Assembly: GCA_043228905.1 (NCBI GenBank)
Contig: JBHGNT010000003.1
Span: 3,534,001 to 3,598,000 of the forward strand
Length of the DNA stretch: 64,000 nt
From: Azolla caroliniana
Taxonomy: Eukaryota; Plantae; Polypodiophyta
Direction: 5' to 3'
This document shows positions 27,626 through 39,400 of this stretch, one piece after another (position 1 is the stretch's first letter; each line of letters opens with the position of its first letter). The notes below the pieces were generated by a model. That model was not told the origin of the DNA and searched no databases. It saw only the letters and a list, made by a program, of their open reading frames with translations. A program made the position numbers and the translations under genes.

Positions 27626-28488
27626 CAGCGTTGTTTACATACACATATTTAACATTTAAGTACGCATAATACCTCATAATTTGTATAGTATGTACTATAC
27701 CTCAATGTTGTTCAACCAACTATCATGTACATTTGTCCAATACGGTATTTAACGTACATTTGAAAAAATAGGCATAATACGTATTTATAAAAAAATGTAA
27801 GTAAAACCCCAACAAAAAGCAAAAGAAAAAAAAGATTTTAGTGAAAAAGAAGAACAGAAGAGATGACGACGAAGAAGAAGAAGAAGAAGAAGAAGAAGAA
27901 AAGAAGACAAGAACCTTTCCTAACTCCGAGTGTATAATCGCAGAAGAAAGAAAAGAAGATAGAAACCTTTCTTGAGTGTGATAATCGTAGAAGATAGAAA
28001 AAGAAGAAGACAAAGACAAAGAAGAGAGAAATGAAGATAGAAACCTATCCTCGGTGTGATAATCGTAGATGATTCCTCAAGCTATAAAGGCATAATCGCA
28101 AATAATTACAATTTGAAGTAGAAAACCGTGACACACACTTACACTGATTTATAGAATAAGTGAATGTTAACATCCATATTATTGCAAGTATTTTAGGATG
28201 TGAAATGTTCAAATGTCTTATATGCATTTTAGGATGTAGAACTATAATGTAGATCACAAAATTGTGTAAACATAGATGCTTTTTACAATATTACAATTTA
28301 CAAATATTTTTTAGAAAGGTAAATAAATTTCAAATTCTAGTAGTATTTAACGTACTATACGTATTTTATGTATTTAACATATTAAAAAACATATTTAACA
28401 TATTTTTAAATTGGGAGGTACTATACGTGTATTAATACGTTATATACGTATTGTATCCATACCGTATCTAACGTACCTAACAACCTTG
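27626..28488. mobile_element. Non-autonomous hAT-type DNA transposon (863 bp)
   Basis: Perfect 8-bp TSD TTACCAAT (27618-27625 / 28489-28496); imperfect TIRs CAGCGTTGTT / AACAACCTTG; subterminal TATTTAAC(G)TA repeats; internal (GAA)n; no transposase. Confidence 0.8.
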
Positions 28489-29991
28489 TTACCAATACAA
28501 TGAATGTGGGTTAGGTAGTAGTGATTCATGAGGATGGTGTTTGATTCGAACTCAAACCCCCTTCAAACGTGAGCCACCTAATTAGCACATTCCAATCAGT
28601 ATTGTTCTTTGCTTCATAAGCCAATGATGTAATCAATTCATTACCTTTCTCTCTCTCTCTCTCTCTCTCTCTCGACTTATTGACGCACTATGGCAATGTG
28701 CAAGAAAACCTTGCATGTTGATCATGTCACAAAACCTTCATGCCTCCTTTTATTGTTAGTCTCTAAGCTACACGATGTTATGGTTTGTGGCTTTGAAGGA
28801 TCTAACGAAAATGTGGTGCACTCCAAATCATCCAATGGCCAAGTCATGACTCAAATCTATAACAATCACAATATTCGTGATTCATAAATGAGTATTGACT
28901 CACTTATTTCTACTAATTACAACACTCTCTTATATTGGCCAATGAGATGTTGATTGAAGATGAGCAAAAGCTTCTCTTGAGAGTTCATGAGCACCATGCA
29001 AATAAAACAAGGATGTGCTATGTCACCTACCCAAATTAGTCAATGTATTGACCAACAAATGGAGAACATAAGGATGGCCTAGCCTTGCCATTGGGCACAT
29101 TTCACAATATTGCACATGATTTTGTATTGATAACTTTGTACTTTTGGCATATTCCCAAGTAAGACCACAAAAGCTTTAAGTATGGTAAATAGTTATTGTG
29201 TACAAATTAGTCTACCATACAAAGACCAAAGTCTTTGTGGTAACCAACTATTTCATTTGAGAGTTGACAAGGAGCAGTGTACTAAAAAAACATGAGGCAA
29301 TTGACAAGATTCACAATTTCAAACCATGTGCTTGTACCTTCTACCATTGTCATTCTTATTACATGCATTACCCATTACCTTTACTTGAGTTAAATTATAT
29401 TTTGGTACTTTGGTGACACCATATATTCATATGCCAATGATCAATATGAGCTTCAAGTTGAAGATATTACCAAATTTTGATCATCACAAGTTTTTTGAGA
29501 ACGTTCGATACAATATATAGAGACCGTAGACAAATGTCATATTTAAAGTATTCATGTTGACAAAACCATTAAAGAGGGGCCAACAAAGCATTTCAAAGAT
29601 TTCATGCATTATTATCAGTTTGAAAGAAAAATCAGAGGCATTCCTCTTTTTCAGACTCAAGAGGATTACTTCAATGAATGTGATGGCATATAGCCATCTT
29701 AAGACTATGAAATGCGCCCCTTCATACAAAGGAGTCATAATTCATTAAGCATCATATTACAATGTATAAATGATGGTTGGCATCATTGCTCTTACGGGAA
29801 AACAAGCATGGCCAACATTGGGTTTAAAATAAACCTCTTGGTCCCCAATCAAATTGGGCAGTCGGAGTGATTAATCTCATTATTTTTGTTTCGTAATGAA
29901 ACAAAGCCATGATTGTGTCTGATGGTTTAAAAGAAGGGTATTTTTGTGACTTGCCTCTTCGTTTAAAAGAAACTCGGCTTTGCCATCAGAC

Positions 29992-30870
29992 TTAGTACGA
30001 TTTCTTAAACATATGCCATTTTAGTTGCAATTGGATCCATATCGGTGAAACACCACAAACACCGCGATTTAGTTTGGAATCAAACACATTGAAATGGACT
30101 TTCTTTAGGACATCAAGCAGCACTCTTGTTGTTACTGCCGGAAGTAGAACAGGAATCGCCGCCAATGGCACAGTATTTGCCAGTGCATGAGCTTGCTTGA
30201 GATGAGCATCCGCAACTGATGCGACTTCATATACAGCCTCGGCTAAGCTTTCACTATTCATCCTTCGATAAATATCCTCTTGAGAAACCCCATGTTTCGC
30301 CGCCACTTCTATAGGTATATAAGAGCGCCGATACAGACTGTGGTGATAACTCGACTTGAGTAAGAGGGAAATACCCTCAGCTTTGCCTATATGTGAAGCT
30401 GCATGATCAGCCGAAGTTGACCTTATTCCTGCTGCCTCAAGTGTGAGGTAAAGTAGTGCCGAAGCGGTGTTCTCGGCATATTTTTCGACATCTAACATTG
30501 TTTTGGGCGATCCTTCAGATTCGAGGTCATTTTGCCTTGCATCTAGGAGCCGTGTAAACCAATGTTTACTCAGTTTGTGCTCTTTTACAGCAACACTGAG
30601 GGCTGTGACCACCGGATGTTCTAATGTCTTTCCTTGATAAATCCCCGTCACTGCATCTCTCCACCACTGAAGCCTCATTAATGCAAGATTTAACTCTTTC
30701 GCGCTTTCGAGGATACGAGATGTCTCGACATTAAATGCACGTAATGTGAATGCCGCCGTGCGAACCCCGACTGGAAGATGGAGAGATGTCAAGTAATGCA
30801 CGTAGTCATGTTTATGAACCTCATGGACACAATACGATAGAGCATTCCGAATTCCAGAATTTGCGGACAT
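29992..30870 (-). CDS. NDUFAF6: NADH dehydrogenase (complex I) assembly factor 6, squalene/phytoene synthase superfamily (292 aa, intronless CDS)
   Basis: ALSYCVHEVHKHDY...AFTLRAFNVET...LMRLQWWRD...EHPVVTAL...EKYAENTAS.LLYLTL...ADHAASHIGKA is the NDUFAF6 signature. A probable 5'UTR intron spans about 30903-32081. Confidence 0.93.
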   Translation of the reverse strand: MSANSGIRNALSYCVHEVHKHDYVHYLTSLHLPVGVRTAAFTLRAFNVETSRILESAKELNLALMRLQWWRDAVTGIYQGKTLEHPVVTALSVAVKEHKLSKHWFTRLLDARQNDLESEGSPKTMLDVEKYAENTASALLYLTLEAAGIRSTSADHAASHIGKAEGISLLLKSSYHHSLYRRSYIPIEVAAKHGVSQEDIYRRMNSESLAEAVYEVASVADAHLKQAHALANTVPLAAIPVLLPAVTTRVLLDVLKKVHFNVFDSKLNRGVCGVSPIWIQLQLKWHMFKKSY

Positions 30871-32448
30871 TAGAAATGCTCTTTTAGAATCCTTGACTTC
30901 TTCTGCACAAGTTTACAAAATCAGAAGTATATATCATCACTTCTGACAACAATTTTGTGTTGTCGTCTGAAAAATCAAGATTGGCTTCTATATGTTACGA
31001 TACATTCTTCTGTTTCACAAAGAAGGCATCCTTTCTTACCTAATGCAATTACAAAGAGTCAAAGAGTCAAGCTATATTCTATATGCTAAGATACAGGCTG
31101 CAATTTTTAAGCTTTTATTAAGAGAAGAAAAAAGTCAAATGATCGCACACTGAAAATGAACAGTCTTCTTCTTCTCGGAAACACGTGCAAAATGGCTTAT
31201 GATTTCAAATGAATTTTATCAGTCTGATGAAGCAAAAATTACATGAAACGCATATTGCAAATGGCAACTTTTTATCTGCAGAAGCTCATTCAAGACACAC
31301 ACACATACACAGAAAATAACTGATGATTTCATTTATAAATTTCATCAGTCTCATCAAGAATAAGAAACATGAAATGCATATTGAAAATGGTGGCTTTTTT
31401 TCTGCTGCAAGTAATTCAACACACACACGCACACACAACATGGGTGATGCTTTTATCTGGATTTTATGAGTTCGATTAAGCAAAAGAAACACAAAATGCA
31501 TACTGAAAATGGTACTTTTTTCTGTAAAAAATTGTTTAAAACGCAAAAAAACTAAATGACTCATGATGTCACATGACATTCCTCAGCCTGATCAAGCAAA
31601 CCCAACATGAAATGCAGACGGCAAATTGTGCCTTTTTCCTACAGAAACAAACAAAACAAACAAAAGGGCTGATAATTTCATGTGAATTTTAATTCGGGCA
31701 AAAACAACATGAGAAGAATGCTGCAAATGCTCCATTTTTATCGTTCTTTGCTGGATTACTCAGAAGCTCCTCAAAAAACGGGAAACGAAGGACTGCTTTC
31801 CGCATCGATTCGGCTTCCCAATTTCTCACAACGGAGTCAACAGCACAGATCAATCAAACAGGGAATCCAGGGTAAGGAACGGTTGGTTCGCACATATCCA
31901 TTAAGCTTCCCAATTCCCTCACAAGGGAGGCAACGGCAGGTAAGAATCCAACAGGCCAAAAAGGAAGAGGCAGAAGAATAAAAAACAAAAACTAAAGAGC
32001 AGAAGAGAGAGAGGTTTAATGGAGATCGTGATGTAAAGGGAGATGATGAAGATGATTATGAAGAAGAAGAAAGACTCTTACCTGATAGTGATGACGCAGA
32101 GCAGAAGAACAGGGTCCTGGAGGAGCAGAGAAACAGTGTCCTCGCTGCTACTACTGTTTTCGAAGGTTAAGGGGGGGGGGGGGGGGGGGGTGCAAATATT
32201 AATTCGAAAAATACCCCTGCTTCTGCTGCGGTAGTTTTCCAATATCTCCTCTGTATACCCCTACCGTACAGAAGGAAGAAGAATGACGAATGACGAATGT
32301 TGTGGTTTTCCAATATCTCCTCTGTATAGCCCTCCCATACAAAAGAGAATGAGAAGACGGAAGGAGAAGAATGAAGATTGAAGAAGAAGAAGTTCAACCC
32401 ACCCACCCCCCCAAACATGGCCCAAGTATCGGTCCGTCAGGTGCTCTC

Positions 32449-32742
32449 GTTACCTCCTCCTATTGGGCTCCATCCCAACCATAACATAAGTTTTCATGGC
32501 ACCACAAGGCATCCCCATGTATGAGTTGACTCTGGTGTTAGTATATATCGCCTTGCATGATGATGACAGGACACACGTGTCAAGAAAACCCTGACTCTGG
32601 TTACCTCCTCCTGTTGGGATCCATCCCAACCATAACGTAAGTTTCCATGGCACCTTGAGGCATCCCTATATATAAGTTGATTATGGTGTTAGTTATATAT
32701 AACCTTGCAAGATGATGACAAGACACGCACATCAAGAAAACT
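32449..32742. repeat. Two copies of an approximately 151-bp direct repeat in the NDUFAF6/UBP25 divergent intergenic region
   Basis: GTTACCTCCTCCT.TTGGG.TCCATCCCAACCATAAC.TAAGTTT.CATGGCACC...TCAAGAAAAC at 32449 and 32600. Confidence 0.85.
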
Positions 32743-35700
32743 TTTGTACTTAGGTCCCATGGATCAATATTGGCCTCTCTATGAATGCTACAAATATCCA
32801 TCTTTACCAAGTTCTCGACCTTTTGTTATTGTTCAACAATTGGAATGGAAATTTTCCTCACAAAGCATGACCTTATGCATGTTATTCCCATTGAACTTGA
32901 CCAAGAGTAATTCAAAGTGTGTGATTACTAGGCTTATCAAGCATGTCCTTTGGGATGAACCACTTCATTGAAATGCCATTGTCTCGTGCACAACATGGAT
33001 AGGTTAAGCAATTCAGTCGTATGAATAACCACATTCCTTTCTATATATTAAGCTCTCTCTCTCTCTCTCTCTCTTATGAGTAGTTCATTCATTTAATGTT
33101 TGATGAGAGAGAATGTGAAGACTAAACCGTTTGAAGCATTGTAAAATTTAAAGGTTATTTAACAAATATGTTTCAAAGTAATGATTATTACCTTTACAAA
33201 CATGTACCCAACAACCACATACAATCACCATGATGCATGGAACCCAAAGTTTTGTGGAGTACCAATGGCTAGAACATATGAAACCAAAAAATCGTGAAGT
33301 ACATGATTACGTCCCATAATCACAACATACTAAAGCCCAAATTTGTGGGGTACCATTATCATTAGAAATTAGAATAAATATACATGTACGCGCGAGAACT
33401 TATGATTGTGTACCATTACCACTAAGATAAGGCCGTGATGTGCACAAACCAATGACTTCATACAATTATTGCTATGATATTTGCATGTCGCACATGATTT
33501 GACAATACCATGTTACCACTCAGTGTAAAACCACAATATGCATGAATAGATGATCATGTACCATTATCACTACAACAAACCACATGGGATACATGAAAAA
33601 ATGACTGTATATAATATATACCACCGTGGTAAGCCCATCAAGTGAATGAATTGATGACCACGACCATTCCCATCATGGTAAGTACATCATGTACATGAAT
33701 CAACAACGAAGTATCATATTACCATTGTCGAAAGTGCATGGTAAGTAAAGTAGGCCAACGTTACAAATTTTCTCATTGTCGAAAGGCATGATATACATAA
33801 GCTGACGATGATGACCATGATTGCATATCCTATCGACATGACTAGGAGAAGGCGACCAACATGCGTGCTTGAATCGACAACCACAAACCATGGGCATGGA
33901 TGAACCAACACACAAATATTGGTGTAGGTAGCATTACGGGCATGGATGGGTTCAAGAAGGGGGGTTGGGGGGGGGGGGGGGGTCACGTATAGGTGACCCC
34001 AATGCGAGTGATTATGGGTGAGTTTACATATATACATCCATGTATCATACATATATGTATGTATGGTATTAATAATTATATGTATATGTATGCATGTATG
34101 TATGTATGTCATTCAAGTTTCAAGCCGAAGAAAGAAAAGCTCTTTGTTGTGCTGAGGACGGAGGGGTAGATTTGGGAATTAAAGGAAAATTGAGAAGACA
34201 GAAGAAAAGGGAGGTTTTCCGAGGTCTCTGGTGCTGTCACTCTGTTTCTCTGCCTCCTCCTGCTCCGATTGATCCACCATCGATCGATCGCAGCCATGGA
34301 ATGGTCGTGACCGACACCCGGCGCCCCTTTGCTTCAGCAGCTTCAAGCTGTTACACCAGGTATGTGTCGGAATTCTGCATCCCTCATATCTCAGTTTCCA
34401 TACGCATACACACACATGCATCCGTATACCTTGGATATGGCGACCCTAGGATTTCACACAGGAATCTCTAGTTTATGTATGATACGCGTTTCTCTAGGTC
34501 TCTCTGGTCGTTAGCTCCGTGTACATGCATATGCCGTTTTCATCATCATCATCGTCGTCATCTTTTTCATATACAGGCTTATTCAAGAAGCTTGATAATT
34601 TCACACAGGAATCTCTAGTTTATGTATTATACGCGTTTCTCTCGGTCTCTCTGGTCTTTAGCTCTGTGTACCTGAATATGGCGTTTAATCTTATACAGGC
34701 TTATTCAAGAAGCTTGATAGTTTCTCTCTCAGGATACATATACAGGATTGTTCAAGAAGATTCACAGTAAAATCAGGCGATCTCTCTGCCTCTTTCAGAT
34801 TGAGGAGGGATTTATTCAAGAATTGCAGTTCTTTTGGTCTTAGTTTCTTTTTGAGATGATTTGGGTTTGAACAGTAATTCTGTAAAGTTTCTTTTTACTT
34901 CTCCGACTTTCCAAGGCTTATTTCAAGAAGTGAAGATAGCTTTCTGAGGAGATTAGGTCTTCATTGTAAAGGAGACCATCTCTCTCTGAGCTTCAGGAGA
35001 TATTTATCCAGGAAGCGCAGGTTTAGATATCCATTGTCATCATGAGATTTCCTGAACATCAAGAGAGACAAACCTAGATGAACAGACAGATCTAGTGACA
35101 GGTTTTTGAGAATAAGGTTTTCTCAGTAATCAGGCAGTCAAGCCAAATCAAGCAGTACAAGTCTCTGCAGTCAATTTATTCAAGCGGTTTCCAATCTTAA
35201 GGTGGCTTATTCTATAAGTCTCAGGTTTTATAATATCTTTTTGTGATTCTATTATCTTCGGAAGCTGGAGTTTTTGCTGCCATTTAGGTGGTTTTTGAAA
35301 GAAGAAAAGGTATTTTGATGTTATAACCAAAATATTAGGATTTCTGCAATTTATTCAAGAAGCTTCTTCATAAAGGAGTTACTCGTTATATGGTATAACT
35401 TTAAATTCTCCATTGTCTAAAGAAATCAAGTTATCTGCAGCTAGTAAGGGAGTATTAGAAGCTTCTGGATATGTTTAATCAAGAAGCTCACTGTTGTTTT
35501 GATATAATGAAGAGATAAGTGAGGGTTTCTACAGTCATTCAGGGGAAATTTTTGATAGTTTAAAGTGGCGCAGATCTTTTTTATTAAATAGCCTGAAGAT
35601 TCTCTGTCAATCCTGGAAATTAGCTTTCTGGTTTCCGAGCTTCAAGAGATTCCTGAGTCAATTTCACGAGAGACAGATTTTTTTAGATTTTGGATGAGAT

Positions 35701-36408
35701 TCTCCATTGCTAAAGAGATTAAGGTTTCTGGCTTTTTTGATCTGGTATGAGACTCTTCATTGTTGAATGAGGTTAGAATTTTTGAAGTCTTCAATTTTGT
35801 GCAAGATTTTCCACTGGCTAAGGAGATCAGGTTTCTCCACTGCCTATTCTGAGGGAGATTAGAGTTTCTGCAGTATTTTCACCAATTGGAGAACCTTCAG
35901 AAAGATTTCAGGGTCTTGATTGTGTTGAGAGATATAAAGGTTTTATTCAAGCATTTTTTACGTGGCCTATTCAAGCAGTTTTCAGGCTCTTGATTTAGTT
36001 GGTGATATCAACTTCTTATTCAAGAAGGTTCCAGTTTTTTGATTTAGTAGGCAATATCAACCTCTTATTCAAGATGATTCTAGGTTTTTGATTCAGATGG
36101 CAATATCAACATCTTATTGAAGGAAAATTTCAGATGGCTTAATCAAGAATTTTGAGGTTCTTGATTTATTATTTGCCATCAATTTCTTATTCAAGAAGTG
36201 TTCAAGACTCCGATTCAAGTCTTTTGGTATCAAATCTTATTGTGTGAAGTTTTCAGGTGGCATATTCAAGAAGTTATTCAGGTTTTTGATAGAAGTGTTT
36301 CGGTATACATATATATGTCTACAACGTGGATATAATAGAAGAGTATGTGCATGACTTGCACCTTTGTGCAGCTCACCTCATGGTCTGGTTTGAGCCCCCC
36401 ATTACTGT

Positions 36409-39400
36409 ATGGCCAGCAGTATAAATCTGGAAATGAATTGGCTACCTCTTCAGAAGAGGAAAGGTGGCCCTGTTGGTCTCAGAAACCTTGGGAATACTTG
36501 CTATCTCAATAGTGTTCTCCAATGCTTAACATATACACCTCCGTTGGCAAATTTTTGTCTTTCAAGCAATCATTCCTCTTCATGTTAGTGAGGGTTACTA
36601 TTGAAGTAGCATTGAGCTTTTTGATTGTATAGAGGGAAATTTTGTTGAAATAACCCTATTGTTCTCACGAAATCCCCATAATAGCTTTCATTGTTCAAAG
36701 TTCTCAAGGTCCCATGGGTCATGTTTTGCCCCCCCTCCCTGAGGATGTTAAAACATCATTATATGCAGTTCCTGTGTGGTTTTTAGATAGAGAGAACTGT
36801 GGAGAGGGAAGAGTATTTTGAGAATTTCAGAAAATGAGGGTATATTGATATTATGAGGGCATTTTGGGAATTTTGTCGAACATTAGGAATATTTTGGTAA
36901 TTTCCCATGAATATATACATTCTGGGCCAGATGTTTGATTTCCATTTATCTTGAACTATGCTTTATTAGGTGATTTGGTTGATGGAAATATGGTTTGTGC
37001 CTTTTGTCTTGTCGAGAAAAGGATATTTCGCTCTTTAACAATCGAGTCTACCTCTGATTCTCCTTTGAGAATTTACAACTGTTTGGCATTGTTTGCCAAA
37101 CACTTCCGACAAGGGTGGCAAGAGGATGCTCATGAGTTCCTCAGGTATGTTATAGAGGCATGTAACTCTGTTTGCATAAAGCTTCATAAACTGCTATCTT
37201 CTGCGAAGCTGAGAACGACAAAGCAAGATTCTCAAAAGAAATCAAAGGATGAACCGCGCACTATCGTGAAGGACATTTTTGGAGGTGTTTTGCAAAGTCA
37301 AGTAAAATGTCTATCCTGCAGTGCAGAGTCCAACAAACTTGATGATATCATGGATCTTAGTTTGGATGTGTTTAAAATATCCTCCTTAAATGATGCGCTG
37401 TGCCGATATTTTCAGCCCGAAATTCTTGATGGAAGCAACAAGTACAGATGTGAGAAGTGAGTGTATTAATGTACCTTATTTTTTTCAATGAAAGCAATAA
37501 GCTACATTATGAGTTCTTTCATGACTGAAACCCTGCTTTAATACTTGTGGTTAATTTCTTTCTTTCAATTTTCTTCTCATTGCACAATGTGCGCTATTTT
37601 TATTTTGATCTTGTGAACTCATACGTATGTAGTACAATGCATGTTTTACTGTGATTCAATGCCGTGTCTTTAAATGTGCTGTATGATAATGCCTTCTTCT
37701 GAAAACATGCTCAATCTTCAAAGTTGTGTATATATGCATACCCATGAGAGATATTTGTGGATTGTCTGTAGGTGCAAAAAGCTAACATCAGCACGCAAGC
37801 AAATGTCAGTATTTGAGGCTCCCAATGTTCTTGTCATTCAGCTCAAGGTAAATGCTCAAAAAATAGACCTTCCATTAGGTTTGTTCCTTTACATTATGTT
37901 ACACAATTGTTTCAACAATGTATACTTGATTCTTTAGAGGTTCGAGAATATCTATGGTGGAAAAATAGACAAACATATTAGTTTTGAGGAGCGGCTGGAC
38001 CTCTGCAGTCACTTGTGCAAAGACAGCCAGGTAATGATATGATATTTAAGCTTATTAGAACCATGCAGAATTTTGTTTCATATCTTGGCGAAGCAAGTAT
38101 AATCATTGAATCAGAGTATTTTATGTGCCTCTAATCGGTCTTTATAAGATGTTCTTCATGTCAATTGGGCGATAATGTAAAATATAAAGCTTATTATTAT
38201 AGTGCAAATGTTGTCATGTATGTAAATACAGATTTATTATCTGACCCACTCATCTGTACTTGGTTATCCTCCCTGGCCTGTTCATGTCTTTTCCTCAAGT
38301 CCATCCTCTTCAAGCTTGCTCGTTCTTTTCTTCATACCCGAGCCCACTCGCTTGCCTGCTTTTTCCTCATGTCCATCCTGGGTTAGCCTGTTTGTTCTAT
38401 CTGAGCTCACCTATCCTCTCATTCAGCCTTGCCAACCCCAGTCGTCCTCTCTTCCATTGTCTCTTAGCCTGCTTGTACAAAGGTTCAAATTGGGAACAAT
38501 ACAGCACCATATATTATATGGGTTTTCTAAACCGTGGACAAATTAGTTGCATGAAATGCTTGTTTTTAATTGAAAGAACGAAGAGACAAAAAACATTGTT
38601 TCTAGAAATGAGTAAGACTTGTAAGGGACAGCCTTAATTATTTAGTTTGGGCATTAGTGTCTGTGCATAGATAGGCAGGGTTGTGAACCCATCTGCACAT
38701 GGCAGTGTTTGTTAGAGAGGTTGGACCTTGGAATGTCATTAATATGCGGCCAAGTAGCTCACTTTTTTGGAAATGCTTCTGCAGTCTAGGGAAGGAGGAG
38801 AGTGTTTCACCATGAAAGGAGTCTGTCTCATCACCGTAAATGGTTGGAATAATCAGCTGTATAGTTGGATTCTAGCTACATGATTTAAAAAACTTTGACT
38901 GTAGGTTCATATCTTGAGTAGAATGCTGCTAGCTAGTGTATAGCAGAAGATTATATTCCAATGTTCTTGTCATTCAGCTCAAGGTGAATGCTCAAAAAAT
39001 AGACCTTCCATTAGGTTTGGTCCTTTCATTCAGCCGTGTTTGTTCTATCTGAGCTCACCCATCCTCTCATTCAGCCATGCCAACCCCAGTCGTCCTCTCT
39101 TCTATCGTCTCTTATCCTGCTTGTCCAAAGGTTCAAATCGGGAACAATGAAACAGCATATATTATCCAGGTTTTCTAAACCGTGGACAACTTAGTTGCAT
39201 GAAACGCTTGTTTTTAATTGAAAGAACAAAGAGACAAAAAAACATTGTTTCTTGAAATGAGTAAGACTTGTAAAGGACAGCCCTAATTATTTAGTTTGGG
39301 CATTAGTGTTTGTGCAGCCATAGGCAGGGTTGTGAACCCATCTGCACATGGCAGTGTTCGTTCGAGAGGTTGGACCTTGGAATGCCATTAATATGTGGCC

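Larger units (their letters stand above)
26572..28515. repeat. About 97-bp tandem repeat array (about 8-9 units) interrupted by two TE insertions
   Basis: Unit GGTTTTTGTGACCCAAAAGACTTTGTGTCCATGTGCCTACAGATCTCAC.CGATGACCAATCCCTTAGCAATACAATGAATGTGGG starts at about 26574, 26674, 26771, 26868, 26966, 27061, 27159 and 27556. It resumes in register at 27488 and 28489 after the insertions. Confidence 0.9.
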
